From a virus (lineage: Duplodnaviria > Heunggongvirae > Uroviricota > Caudoviricetes): DNA of 31,107 nucleotides. The notes under the pieces were generated by a model. It was not told where the DNA came from. It did no database searches and was given only the letters and a program-made list of their open reading frames with translations. Where the stretch lies: the IMG/VR virus record IMGVR_UViG_2602041644_000001, one strand, 5' to 3'. Shown here one piece after another: positions 7,657 to 17,422 of the stretch. Both the position numbers and the translations under genes were made by a program. How positions within the stretch are numbered: the stretch's first letter is position 1; every line of letters starts with the position of its first letter.

Positions 7657-8133
7657 ATGCAGGTACTAAATTCCCAGCGTAAAGCTTTCCTTGATATGGT
7701 GGCTTGGTCAGAAGGAACGGATAACGGACGACAACCGACACGTAACCACGGTTATGACGTTATTGTCGGTGGTGAACTCTTCACTGATTACTCCGATCAC
7801 CCTCGCAAACTTGTCACGCTAAACCCGAAACTCAAGTCAACAGCCGCCGGACGTTACCAGCTTCTTTCACGCTGGTGGGATGCTTACCGTAAACAGCTTG
7901 GCCTGAAAGATTTTTCTCCAGAAAGCCAGGACGCTGTAGCTCTGCAGCAGATTAAAGAGCGTGGCGCTTTACCGATGATTGACCGTGGCAATATTCGTCA
8001 GGCAATCGACCGTTGCAGCAATATTTGGGCTTCATTGCCCGGTGCTGGCTACGGTCAGTATGAACACAAGATCGATAGTCTGATTGCCAAATTCAAAGAA
8101 GCTGGCGGGGTGGTTAATGAAACTTCGCTATAA
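7657..8133 (+). CDS. R: Endolysin, lambda R-type lytic transglycosylase
   Basis: Near-identical to lambda R as recalled (NSQRKAFLDM.AWSEGTDNGRQ.TRNHGYDVIVGGELFTDYSDHPRKLVTLNPKLKST.AGRYQLLSRWWDAYRKQLGLKDFSP). Confidence 0.95.
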   Translation: MQVLNSQRKAFLDMVAWSEGTDNGRQPTRNHGYDVIVGGELFTDYSDHPRKLVTLNPKLKSTAAGRYQLLSRWWDAYRKQLGLKDFSPESQDAVALQQIKERGALPMIDRGNIRQAIDRCSNIWASLPGAGYGQYEHKIDSLIAKFKEAGGVVNETSL

Positions 8134-8509
8134 GCTGGTTATTTCTGCTTTCCTCCTGACTTTATTCGGTTCTCTCGTCTGGTCAGCTAACCACTACCAC
8201 AGCAAATACCAGCGCGAAAAGAAACGTGCTGATGAGGCTGTACAAAATGCCGAATCGGCAACCGCTATTACCAATAACGTCCTGCAATCACTGCAAATCG
8301 TCAATACAGTTCTGGAGGCTAACCAGCATGCAAAACAGCAGATCGCACTGGAGTCACAGAGAACCCAGGCTGATATCAAAGTGGCTGTTGCGGATGATGA
8401 TTGTGCTGTACGCCCTGTGCCTGCTGCCGCTGCTGACCGGTTGTGGAAGTACGCGAACAGTTTACGTGAGCATTCCGAAGACTCCACTACCAGTCAGCTT
8501 GACTTCTGA
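8117..8509 (+). CDS. Rz-like inner-membrane spanin (i-spanin)
   Basis: N-terminal TMD (LVISAFLLTLFGSLVWSANHYH, cf. lambda Rz ...WAVNHY) and charged coiled-coil periplasmic domain. Overlaps the R stop. Confidence 0.75.
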   Translation: MKLRYKLVISAFLLTLFGSLVWSANHYHSKYQREKKRADEAVQNAESATAITNNVLQSLQIVNTVLEANQHAKQQIALESQRTQADIKVAVADDDCAVRPVPAAAADRLWKYANSLREHSEDSTTSQLDF

Positions 8510-8642
8510 TACACCTGTACCGTTTATACCCAACCCACTGACGTATGGTGCAAGTCTTGATTTGAATGTAAGTTTGTTATCCGCGTTGGCTCAATGTAAT
8601 AGGGATAAGTCAGATATCAGAATCATTGATAATCAAAATTGA
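8394..8642 (+). CDS. Rz1-like outer-membrane lipoprotein spanin (o-spanin), overlapped type
   Basis: +1 frame relative to Rz. Lipobox LLTGC after a hydrophobic signal, proline-rich mature region. Extends 133 nt past the Rz stop. Confidence 0.7.
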   Translation: MMIVLYALCLLPLLTGCGSTRTVYVSIPKTPLPVSLTSDTPVPFIPNPLTYGASLDLNVSLLSALAQCNRDKSDIRIIDNQN

Positions 8643-8846
8643 TGTATATTTTTATCGTCATGTAGATAACGAACAAGGTATTCCTCTGATACGTATTCGT
8701 TGAATACAGGTCATGGGTAGGCATTGCAATATCGCTTCGAAATTATCTGTGATAATGCTCTTAATTTTGAATGTATGTATTTGGGAAAAGAGATAAAGTA
8801 ATAGTCTAATTAATGGAGATATCCACAAAACACAAAAGGGACTATT

Positions 8847-9353
8847 ATGAGACCAGATCAATTTTTCTATCCAGATACTTTTACCTTTAATTCATCCACC
8901 TATTATGGTCAACGTGACTCATCTAAAGGCCGATTGTATATTCCTATTGAAAGTGACTTATGCCCATTTAATATCGGCGATATCATTGTGCAAAAAATGG
9001 TCGACAGGGAAAGACTATTTGAAGTGCTTGATTACGAGGTGCAAATTAGTCTCGAGGTTGGTTGCCCTGGCTACTCACATTTGGCGGTATTGATAGTGAA
9101 GGCATTGGATGTAAAAGAGAAGCCGAAGCAGATTACGACCCATTTGACGTTTAACGGTGCTATTAATGCTGGTGGTGATTTTCAAGCCGGTAATGATAAT
9201 TCGATCACAAAGAATATAACCATTCAACAACTACATGATGCTATAGAGCATTGCAATGATCCAGAGGTTAAAAGCCTTTGGCAAAAGCTATTGGAAAATC
9301 CGACGTTTGCTTCAATTGCTTCAATATTGGCAAAAAGTGCTTTAGGACAGTAA
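8847..9353 (+). CDS. Hypothetical cargo protein (168 aa), no recognisable family
   Basis: AT-rich island between the lysis and packaging modules. RBS AAAAGGGA, own AT-rich upstream region and own intrinsic terminator. Confidence 0.6.
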   Translation: MRPDQFFYPDTFTFNSSTYYGQRDSSKGRLYIPIESDLCPFNIGDIIVQKMVDRERLFEVLDYEVQISLEVGCPGYSHLAVLIVKALDVKEKPKQITTHLTFNGAINAGGDFQAGNDNSITKNITIQQLHDAIEHCNDPEVKSLWQKLLENPTFASIASILAKSALGQ

Positions 9354-9361
9354 TTCATCAA

Positions 9362-9386
9362 GCCCCATTCAATATGGGGTTTTTAT
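9362..9386 (+). terminator. Intrinsic terminator
   Basis: Hairpin CCCCAT-TCAAT-ATGGGG followed by TTTTTAT. Confidence 0.6.
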
Positions 9387-9410
9387 GCTTATTACAAAGA
9401 GTTTTCTTCA

Positions 9411-9761
9411 ATGCCACCACGAATCCCAAAATCCTGCCGCGTTCGCGGCTGCCGCCATACCACTACTGACCCGTCAGGCTACTGCGAAAGCCACAAAAGC
9501 GAAGGCTGGAAGCAATACAAGCCAGGACAATCCCGTCATCAGCGCGGCTACGGTTCGAAATGGGATGCTATCCGTGAACGTGTACTGAAACGTGACAAAG
9601 GTTTATGTCAGTTATGTCTGCGTGCCGGTGTGGTGCGTGAAGCGAAAACCGTTGACCACATCATCCCTAAAGCGCATGGCGGCACTGATGCCGACTGTAA
9701 TCTGCAGAGTCTGTGCTGGCCGTGTCATAAGGCGAAGACGGCCCGTGAACGGTTGAAGTGA
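9411..9761 (+). CDS. HNH endonuclease (terminase-associated)
   Basis: Cys-rich N-terminus (CRVRGCRH...CESH) and HNH core (VDHIIPKAHGGTD...NLQSLCWPCHKAKT), immediately upstream of the terminase genes. Confidence 0.85.
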   Translation: MPPRIPKSCRVRGCRHTTTDPSGYCESHKSEGWKQYKPGQSRHQRGYGSKWDAIRERVLKRDKGLCQLCLRAGVVREAKTVDHIIPKAHGGTDADCNLQSLCWPCHKAKTARERLK

Positions 9762-9782
9762 TAATGATTCTCAACTTCCTGA

Positions 9783-9848
9783 GGGGAGGGGCGGGTCAAA
9801 TCCCTGCGGCCTGACGTCTTCCGGACTGCCCGCCCCATCGTTTTTTTA
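9783..9848. other. GC-rich stem-loop element plus T-run (terminator and/or part of the cos/packaging region)
   Basis: GGGGCGGG (9788-9795) pairs with CCCGCCCC (9829-9836), followed by ATCGTTTTTTTA. Lies between HNH and the small terminase subunit, where HK97-like phages carry cos. Confidence 0.4.
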
Positions 9849-9886
9849 TACCCGCGAAAAATGAAATTTAACCAGGAGTGCCGCAT

Positions 9887-10381
9887 ATGGCTGGAACGGC
9901 GGGGCGTTCCGGGCGTCGCCCCAAGCCAACGGCGCGCAAGGCGCTGGCCGGAAACCCCGGCAAGCGAGCCCTGAATAAAGATGAACCTGTTTTTACGCCC
10001 ATCAAAGGTGTTGAGCCACCGGAGTGGTTCGCTGAAGAAGATCTCCCTCTCGCTACGATCATGTGGCAACTGACAACTAAAGAACTCTGCGGTCAGGGCC
10101 TGCTGTGCGTGACTGACCTCGCGGTGCTTGAGCGGTGGTGCGTGGCCTACGAGTTCTGGCGACGTGCCGTGAAAAATATTGCCAGACAGGGCAACACCAT
10201 CACCGGTGCAATGGGCGGTATGGTCAAAAATCCGGAGCTGACCGCCAAAAAAGAACAGGAGTCCGAGATGAGCAGTACGGGGGCAATGCTCGGACTCGAC
10301 CCCAGCAGCCGCCAGCGTCTGATTGGCCTGGCGGGGCAGAAGAAAGCCACTAACCCGTTTCTGAAAATCATCGAATCATGA
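9887..10381 (+). CDS. Terminase small subunit
   Basis: Basic N-terminus ([22 protein letters not shown]). ATG at 9887 after ACCAGGAG. Stop overlaps the large-subunit start. Confidence 0.8.
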   Translation: MAGTAGRSGRRPKPTARKALAGNPGKRALNKDEPVFTPIKGVEPPEWFAEEDLPLATIMWQLTTKELCGQGLLCVTDLAVLERWCVAYEFWRRAVKNIARQGNTITGAMGGMVKNPELTAKKEQESEMSSTGAMLGLDPSSRQRLIGLAGQKKATNPFLKIIES

Positions 10382-12111
10382 GCCGGAAATCTTACCCCAA
10401 CGTAAATGCTGCCAATCAGTATGCCCGTGATGTCGTGCGCGGAAAGATTGTGGCCTGCCAGTTTGTGATTCAGGCCTGCCAGCGCCATCTTGATGACCTA
10501 ATGGAGGAAAAAAGTAAGTCGTTTCGTTACCGCTTCGACAAGGACCTGGCTGAACGGGCCGCGAAATTTATTCAGCTGTTGCCGCACACCAAGGGTGAGT
10601 GGGCATTTAAGAGGATGCCCATCACGCTGGAGCCGTGGCAGCTCTTTGTGATCTGCTGCGCGTTTGGCTGGGTCAATAAAGGCTCCCGGCTGCGCCGCTT
10701 CCGTGAGGTGTATACCGAAATCCCCCGTAAGAACGGCAAATCGGCAATCTCTGCCGGTGTCGCCCTGTATTGTTTTGCCTGTGATAACGAGTTCGGCGCG
10801 GAAGTGTATTCCGGTGCCACGACGGAGAAACAGGCATGGGAAGTCTTTCGTCCGGCAAGACTGATGTGTAAACGCACACCCATGCTGACGGAAGCGTTCG
10901 GGATTGAGGTTAACGCCTCAAACATGAACCGTCCGGAGGATGGTGCGCGTTTTGAACCGCTGATCGGTAACCCCGGTGATGGTTCATCACCCCACTGTGC
11001 GGTGGTGGATGAATATCACGAGCACGCCACAGATGCGCTTTACACCACGATGCTTACCGGGATGGGGGCGCGACGTCAGCCACTGATGTGGGCTATCACT
11101 ACCGCCGGGTACAACATTGAGGGGCCGTGCTACGACAAACGGCGGGAAGTCATCGAGATGCTCAACGGCTCGGTGCCTAACGATGAACTGTTCGGGATCA
11201 TCTATACCGTTGATGAAGGTGACGACTGGACCGACCCGCAGGTGCTGGAAAAAGCCAATCCAAATATTGGCGTGTCGGTTTATCGCGAATTTTTGTTAAG
11301 TCAGCAGCAGCGTGCGAAAAATAACGCCCGTCTGGCAAACGTCTTTAAAACAAAACACCTCAATATCTGGGTGTCGGCGCGTTCGGCGTATTTCAACCTG
11401 GTGAGCTGGCAGAGCTGCGAGGATAAATCACTGACCCTTGAGCAGTTCGAGGGGCAGCCGTGCATTCTGGCCTTTGACCTGGCGCGTAAGCTGGATATGA
11501 ACAGCATGGCGCGACTTTATACCCGCGAGATTGACGGTAAAACGCATTACTACAGTGTGGCCCCGCGTTTCTGGGTACCGTATGACACGGTGTACAGCGT
11601 CGAGAAAAATGAAGATCGACGGACAGCCGAACGCTTTCAGAAATGGGTGGAAATGGGCGTTCTGACCGTTACCGATGGTGCGGAGGTGGATTATCGCTAC
11701 ATCCTCGAGGAGGCCAAAGCGGCGAACAAAATCAGCCCGGTCAGTGAGTCACCCATCGACCCCTTCGGGGCGACCGGGTTGTCACATGACCTTGCTGATG
11801 AAGACCTGAACCCCATCACTATCATTCAGAACTACACCAACATGTCCGACCCGATGAAAGAGCTGGAAGCGGCAATTGAATCGGGGCGCTTTCATCATGA
11901 TGGCAATCCCATCATGACCTGGTGTATCGGCAACGTGGTCGGCAAAACCATTCCGGGTAACGATGATGTGGTGAAGCCCGTTAAAGAGCAGGCGGAAAAC
12001 AAAATCGATGGTGCAGTTGCGCTGATTATGGCGGTTGGCAGAGCCATGCTGTACGAGAAAGAAGACACGTTGTCTGACCACATTGAGTCCTATGGGATCC
12101 GCTCGCTTTAA
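10378..12111 (+). CDS. Terminase large subunit
   Basis: 577 aa with ATPase and nuclease regions, HK97-like organisation. Confidence 0.95.
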
Positions 12112-12122
12112 CTGAGGTAATT

Positions 12123-12305
12123 ATGATCATGCTGATTCTCGCGCCTCTGGTGGGCGTGCTGGGGGCGCTTTTGCTGGCGTATGGTGCCTGGCTGATTTAT
12201 CCCCCGGCGGGGTTTGTTGTTGCCGGGGCGTTGTGCCTGTTCTGGTCGTGGCTGGTGGCGCGATATCTTGACCGTACACAGTCGTCTGTCGGCGGAGGTA
12301 AATAG
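12123..12305 (+). CDS. Small hydrophobic protein (two predicted TM helices)
   Basis: 60-aa ORF with RBS between terminase and portal. Could be spurious. Confidence 0.35.
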
Positions 12306-13546
12306 TGTTCTTTTCGGGATTATTTCAACGAAAAAGTGACGCGCCGGTGACCACGCCAGCAGAGCTGGCGGATGCTATCGGGCTGTCATATGACACCTAT
12401 ACCGGAAAGCAGATCAGCAGCCAGCGGGCCATGCGACTGACGGCGGTTTTTTCCTGCGTCAGGGTGCTGGCAGAGTCGGTCGGGATGTTGCCCTGCAATC
12501 TGTATCACCTGAACGGCAGCCTGAAACAGAGGGCCACCGGCGAACGTCTGCATAAGCTGATCTCCACGCATCCCAATGGCTATATGACGCCGCAGGAGTT
12601 CTGGGAGCTGGTGGTCACCTGTCTGTGCCTGCGGGGAAACTTTTACGCCTACAAAGTGAAAGCATTTGGCGAAGTGGCTGAACTGCTGCCCGTCGATCCC
12701 GGCTGTGTGGTACCGAAGCTTAACAGTAGCTGGGAGCCGGTCTATCAGGTCACATTCCCGGACGGCTCCACGGATGTGCTGAGCCAGGAGGATATCTGGC
12801 ATGTGCGCACGCTGACGCTGGACGGACTGGTGGGGCTGAATCCCGTCGCCTATGCCCGCGAGGCAATATCGCTGGCGGCAGCGACTGAAGAGCACGGGGC
12901 CAGACTGTTCAGCAATGGTGCGGTGACGTCGGGTGTGTTGCGTACAGAGCAGACGCTGTCAGATCAGGCTTATGAGCGCCTGAAGAAAGATTTTGAGGAG
13001 CGTCACACCGGGCTTGGCAATGCTCACCGCCCGATGATCCTTGAGATGGGGCTGGACTGGAAGTCGATGGCGCTGAACGCCGAGGACAGCCAGTTCCTGG
13101 AAACCCGCAAGTTTCAGCTTGAAGAAATCTGTCGTCTGTTCCGGGTACCGTTGCACATGGTGCAGAACACCGATCGCGCCACCTTCAACAATATCGAAGA
13201 ACTGGGGCTCGGATTTATCAACTATTCACTGGTGCCGTATCTGACCCGCATCGAACAGCGGATCAACACCGGACTGGTACGAAAAAGTAAGCAGGGCGTT
13301 TATTACGCCAAATTTAACGCCGGGGCGTTACTGCGCGGGGATATGAAGTCCCGTTTTGAAGCCTACGCCACCGGGATTAACTGGGGAATTTACTCTCCCA
13401 ATGACTGCCGCGACCTGGAAGATATGAATCCGCGTCCCGGTGGGGATGTCTATCTCACACCGATGAACATGACCACGAAACCCTCCGATGGCAGTAAAGC
13501 CGGTAAGCAGAAGGATAACGCCAATGCAGACGAAACAACGTCTTGA
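12305..13546 (+). CDS. Portal protein (HK97 family)
   Basis: N-terminus FFSGLFQRK...RAMRLTAVFSCVRVLAESVGMLP parallels the HK97 portal N-terminus. GTG start at 12305. Confidence 0.9.
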   Translation: MFFSGLFQRKSDAPVTTPAELADAIGLSYDTYTGKQISSQRAMRLTAVFSCVRVLAESVGMLPCNLYHLNGSLKQRATGERLHKLISTHPNGYMTPQEFWELVVTCLCLRGNFYAYKVKAFGEVAELLPVDPGCVVPKLNSSWEPVYQVTFPDGSTDVLSQEDIWHVRTLTLDGLVGLNPVAYAREAISLAAATEEHGARLFSNGAVTSGVLRTEQTLSDQAYERLKKDFEERHTGLGNAHRPMILEMGLDWKSMALNAEDSQFLETRKFQLEEICRLFRVPLHMVQNTDRATFNNIEELGLGFINYSLVPYLTRIEQRINTGLVRKSKQGVYYAKFNAGALLRGDMKSRFEAYATGINWGIYSPNDCRDLEDMNPRPGGDVYLTPMNMTTKPSDGSKAGKQKDNANADETTS

Positions 13547-14174
13547 TGTACCGCTGAGTCTGAAATCTGTCAGTGACTCCGGTGAGTTTGAAGGGTATGG
13601 CTCCGTCTTTGGTGTAAAGGACAGCCACGATGATGTGGTGATGTCCGGGGCATTTGCTGCTTCCCTGCGGGCGTGGAGTGACAGAAAAGCGTTACCTGCG
13701 CTGCTCTGGCAGCACCGCATGGATGAGCCCATCGGTGTTTACACCGAAATGAAGGAAGACGATGTCGGGCTTTACGTCAGGGGGCGGTTGCTCATTGATG
13801 ATGATCCTCTGGCAAAACGCGCACATGCACACATGAAGGCCGGTTCGTTAACCGGCCTTTCTATTGGGTACGTCCTGAAGGACTGGGAATACGACCAGAC
13901 GAAAGAAGCCTTTCTGCTGAAAGAAATCGACCTCTGGGAAGTCAGTCTGGTGACGTTTCCGTCTAACGACGAGGCGCGGATCAGCGACGTCAAGAACGCG
14001 CTGGCCCGCGGGGAAATCCCCGAACAGAAAAAAATCGAAAGAGTCCTGCGTGATGTCGGACTCTCCCGTACCCAGGCCAAAGCATTCATGGCCGGGGGCT
14101 ATGGCGCACTGTCCCTGCGCGACGCTGAGGATGTGGGCTCTGCACTGAATGCACTGAAAAATCTGAACTTCTAA
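13524..14174 (+). CDS. Prohead protease (HK97 family)
   Basis: Position between portal and capsid, and sequence (EFEGYGSVFGVKDSHDDVVMSGAF). ATG at 13524 overlaps the portal end. Confidence 0.85.
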   Translation: MQTKQRLDVPLSLKSVSDSGEFEGYGSVFGVKDSHDDVVMSGAFAASLRAWSDRKALPALLWQHRMDEPIGVYTEMKEDDVGLYVRGRLLIDDDPLAKRAHAHMKAGSLTGLSIGYVLKDWEYDQTKEAFLLKEIDLWEVSLVTFPSNDEARISDVKNALARGEIPEQKKIERVLRDVGLSRTQAKAFMAGGYGALSLRDAEDVGSALNALKNLNF

Positions 14175-14188
14175 TCAGGAGAAATACG

Positions 14189-15394
14189 ATGGCGGTTGAT
14201 ATTAAAGATGTCGAACAGGTCGCGCAGGAGCTGCAGCAGAAGTTTGACGACTTCAAAGCAAAGAACGACAAGCGCGTGGATGCGATTGAGCAGGAAAAAG
14301 GCAAACTTGCCGGGCAGGTGGAAACCCTGAACGGGAAACTCAGCGAGCTGGAAAACCTCAAAAGCGATCTTGAAAAAGAGCTGCTTGAGCTGAAACGTCC
14401 GGCAGGTGGTGCGCAAAATAAACTGGCCACCGAGCATAAAGAGGCGTTTGTGGGCTTCCTGCGTAAAGGCCGTGAAGACGGTCTGCGCGATCTGGAGCGT
14501 AAGGCATTGCAGGTGGGCACCGATGAAGACGGTGGCTACGCCGTGCCGGAAGAACTGGATCGCAACATTCTTAACCTGCTGAAAGATGAAGTGGTGATGC
14601 GTCAGGAAGCCACGGTGATCACCGTTGGTGGTTCCGACTACAAAAAACTGGTGAATCTGGGCGGCACGGCTTCCGGATGGGTTGGCGAGACTGACGCGCG
14701 CTCCCAGACTGCCACCTCAAAACTGGGGCTGATTGAACCTTTCATGGGGGAAATCTACGGTAACCCGCAGGCCACCCAGAAAATGCTGGATGATGCCTTT
14801 TTCAACGTGGAGGCCTGGATCAACAGCGAGCTGGCAACCGAATTTGCCGAACAGGAAGAAATTGCCTTTACCACCGGCGATGGTACCAAGAAGCCGAAAG
14901 GGTTCCTGGCGTATGAATCCACGGATGAAACCGATAAGGTCCGGGCGTTCGGCAAACTTCAGCATATTGTATCCGGCGACGCGACTGCGGTGACCGCAGA
15001 CGCCATTATCAAACTGATTTACACGCTGCGAAAGGCACACCGCACTGGCGCGAAGTTCATGATGAACAACAACAGCCTGTTTGCCATCCGTCTGCTGAAA
15101 GACACCGAGGGTAACTATCTGTGGCGTCCGGGGCTGGAACTGGGGCAGCCGTCCTCTCTGGCGGGTTACGGTATCGCTGAAAACGAACAGATGCCGGATA
15201 TCGCCGCTGATGCGAAAGCCATTGCATTTGGTAACTTCAAACGGGGTTACACCATCGTTGACCGTATCGGCACCCGCATTCTGCGTGACCCGTACACCAA
15301 TAAACCGTTTGTCGGTTTTTATACCACCAAACGCACCGGCGGCATGCTGGTCGATTCGCAGGCCATCAAACTGCTGAAGATTGCAGTGGCGTAA
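14189..15394 (+). CDS. Major capsid protein (HK97 fold) with N-terminal coiled-coil delta domain
   Basis: 401 aa with a coiled-coil N-terminal ~100 aa followed by a capsid domain. Strong RBS AGGAGA. Confidence 0.9.
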   Translation: MAVDIKDVEQVAQELQQKFDDFKAKNDKRVDAIEQEKGKLAGQVETLNGKLSELENLKSDLEKELLELKRPAGGAQNKLATEHKEAFVGFLRKGREDGLRDLERKALQVGTDEDGGYAVPEELDRNILNLLKDEVVMRQEATVITVGGSDYKKLVNLGGTASGWVGETDARSQTATSKLGLIEPFMGEIYGNPQATQKMLDDAFFNVEAWINSELATEFAEQEEIAFTTGDGTKKPKGFLAYESTDETDKVRAFGKLQHIVSGDATAVTADAIIKLIYTLRKAHRTGAKFMMNNNSLFAIRLLKDTEGNYLWRPGLELGQPSSLAGYGIAENEQMPDIAADAKAIAFGNFKRGYTIVDRIGTRILRDPYTNKPFVGFYTTKRTGGMLVDSQAIKLLKIAVA

Positions 15395-15401
15395 TCACTC
15401 A

Positions 15402-15430
15402 GGGGCGCGGAACCGCGCCCCTGTTCTGAT
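15402..15430 (+). terminator. Terminator-like hairpin after the capsid gene
   Basis: GGGGCGCGG-AACC-GCGCCCC stem with a weak T-tract. Confidence 0.4.
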
Positions 15431-15442
15431 GGGTGAAGAATC

Positions 15443-15643
15443 ATGATCCTGAAACAAGATCTGAAATGGTCACCGGACGGTATGCGTGTTGAGGTCATTC
15501 GGGCCGGTGAGTATGACGACGGGGCGCTTCCTGCCCGGGTGCAGGAGGTTGCACTTCAGGCCGGGTTAGCAGAGCGCGGAACCAGTGCAAAAAGCAGTAA
15601 AGCGACAAAAGAGAAAAAAGCCACGACCAGTAAAGAGGGCTGA
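15443..15643 (+). CDS. Hypothetical small protein (66 aa, lysine-rich C-terminus)
   Basis: ORF with plausible RBS between capsid and connector genes. Confidence 0.4.
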   Translation: MILKQDLKWSPDGMRVEVIRAGEYDDGALPARVQEVALQAGLAERGTSAKSSKATKEKKATTSKEG

Positions 15644-15645
15644 GT

Positions 15646-15969
15646 ATGCTTCTGACAATGGAAGAGATTAAAGCCCAACTCCGGCTGGATGAGGATTTCG
15701 ATGCTGATGACCGCCATCTGCAACTGCTGGCCTATGCGGCACAAAAGCGGACGGAAACGTATCTGAACCGGAAGCTCTATGCACCGGATGAAACCATTCC
15801 GGACAGCGATCCGGACGGGCTGCACCTGCCGGATGATATTCGTCTGGGGATGCTGATGCTTATCAGCCATTTTTACGAAAACCGCTCGTCGGTTACGGAA
15901 GTGGAGAAACTCGACATGCCGCAGAGTTTTGGCTGGCTTGTCGGCCCGTACAGGTACTTTCCGCAATGA
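15646..15969 (+). CDS. Head-tail connector protein (gp6-like)
   Basis: Size, position and N-terminal MEEIKAQLRLDED motif typical of gp6-like connectors. Confidence 0.75.
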   Translation: MLLTMEEIKAQLRLDEDFDADDRHLQLLAYAAQKRTETYLNRKLYAPDETIPDSDPDGLHLPDDIRLGMLMLISHFYENRSSVTEVEKLDMPQSFGWLVGPYRYFPQ

Positions 15970-16376
15970 AAATTCGTCAGGCGCAGACCAGCGCAACCTA
16001 CATTCTGCCGGACCCCGGTGAACTGAATAAACGCGTCCTGATCCGCCTGCGGGTGGATATGCCCGCGGATAACTTTGGCGTGGAGCCTCAATACCCGGTT
16101 ACGTTCCGGACATGGGCGAAGGTTATCCAGACCAGTGCCACCACCTGGCAGGAAACCGCGCAGACCGGGGACGCCATCACCCATTACATCACCATTCGTT
16201 ACCGCCGGGGGATCACCGCTGATTATGAGGTGGTCTGCGGTGACAGTGTGTACCGGGTGAAACGTCAGCGCGATCTGAACGGGGCGCGGCGCTTTCTGCT
16301 GCTGGAGTGTACGGAGCTGGGCGAATGTAGGCAGAGTCACGGAGGCAACAATGACGACTTCCTTTTTGCACGTTGA
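15966..16376 (+). CDS. Head closure / head-tail adaptor protein
   Basis: Position after the connector, ~136 aa, overlapping starts. Confidence 0.6.
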   Translation: MKIRQAQTSATYILPDPGELNKRVLIRLRVDMPADNFGVEPQYPVTFRTWAKVIQTSATTWQETAQTGDAITHYITIRYRRGITADYEVVCGDSVYRVKRQRDLNGARRFLLLECTELGECRQSHGGNNDDFLFAR

Positions 16377-16857
16377 TTTTCAGCAGCCCGCGGAGATGCG
16401 CTTTAACCGCGCCCGTGTCCGGCGGGCGTTTGTCACGATTGGTCAGCGTCATATGCGTGATGCCCGTCGGCTGGTGATGCGCCGTGCGCGGTCGGCACCG
16501 GGTGAAAACCCCGGTTATCAGACCGGACGCCTGGCTCGTTCGATTGGTTACATGGTACCCAGAGCCAGTAAACATCGCCCTGGTTTTATGGCACGTATAG
16601 CCCCTAACCAGCGTAATGGAGAGGGAAACCGCCGTATCACCGGTGATTTTTATCCGGCTTTTTTGTTCTATGGCGTGAGGCGAGGGGCAAAGCGTCGTCG
16701 CAGCCATCATCGTGGTGCATCCGGTGGCAGCGGCTGGCGACTGGCTCCACGTAATAACTTCATGGTGGAAACGCTTGAAAAGAACCGCAGCTGGACACGC
16801 TATTTTCTGGCGCGGGAATTGCGTAAATCACTGAAGCCGGAGCGACGACACAGATGA
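16351..16857 (+). CDS. HK97 gp10-like protein
   Basis: Basic ~168-aa protein in the expected position. Start ATG 16351 with RBS GGAGG. Confidence 0.65.
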   Translation: MTTSFLHVDFQQPAEMRFNRARVRRAFVTIGQRHMRDARRLVMRRARSAPGENPGYQTGRLARSIGYMVPRASKHRPGFMARIAPNQRNGEGNRRITGDFYPAFLFYGVRRGAKRRRSHHRGASGGSGWRLAPRNNFMVETLEKNRSWTRYFLARELRKSLKPERRHR

Positions 16858-17414
16858 AACTGACGCCTGTTATTGCTGCACTGCGTGCCCGCTGTCCGTA
16901 TTTTGAATACCGGGTTGCAGGCGCGGCCCAGTTCAAAAATCTGCCGGAGGTCGGAAAGCTGAAACTCCCTGCGGCATATGTTGTACCGGGTGATGATTCT
17001 CCGGGAGAAAACAAAAGCCAGACCGACTACTGGCAGGAGCTGAAAGAGGGTTTCTCCGTGGTTGTCATACTGAGTAACGGGCGTGATGAGCGCGGTCAGT
17101 TTGCCTCGTATGATGTGGTGGACGATGTCCGGCAGATGCTCTTTAAGGCTCTGCTGGGCTGGAACCCGGAGGCGTGCGGTAACCCGATTACCTATGACGG
17201 CGGCACGCTGCTGGATCTGAATCGTCATGAGCTGATTTATCAGTTCGATTTTTCGGTCATCAGCGAGCTGACTGAAGACGATACCCGCCAGCAGGATGAT
17301 CTGAACAGTCTGGATGAACTGCAAACGCTGGCGATTGATGTTGATTATCTCGATCCCGGTAACGGGCCTGACGGCGATATCGAACATCACACCGAAATAA
17401 CCCTTCCTTCCTGA
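16854..17414 (+). CDS. Tail completion / terminator-like protein
   Basis: Position between the head-completion genes and the sheath gene. Confidence 0.5.
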   Translation: MKLTPVIAALRARCPYFEYRVAGAAQFKNLPEVGKLKLPAAYVVPGDDSPGENKSQTDYWQELKEGFSVVVILSNGRDERGQFASYDVVDDVRQMLFKALLGWNPEACGNPITYDGGTLLDLNRHELIYQFDFSVISELTEDDTRQQDDLNSLDELQTLAIDVDYLDPGNGPDGDIEHHTEITLPS

Positions 17415-17422
17415 GAATCTTC

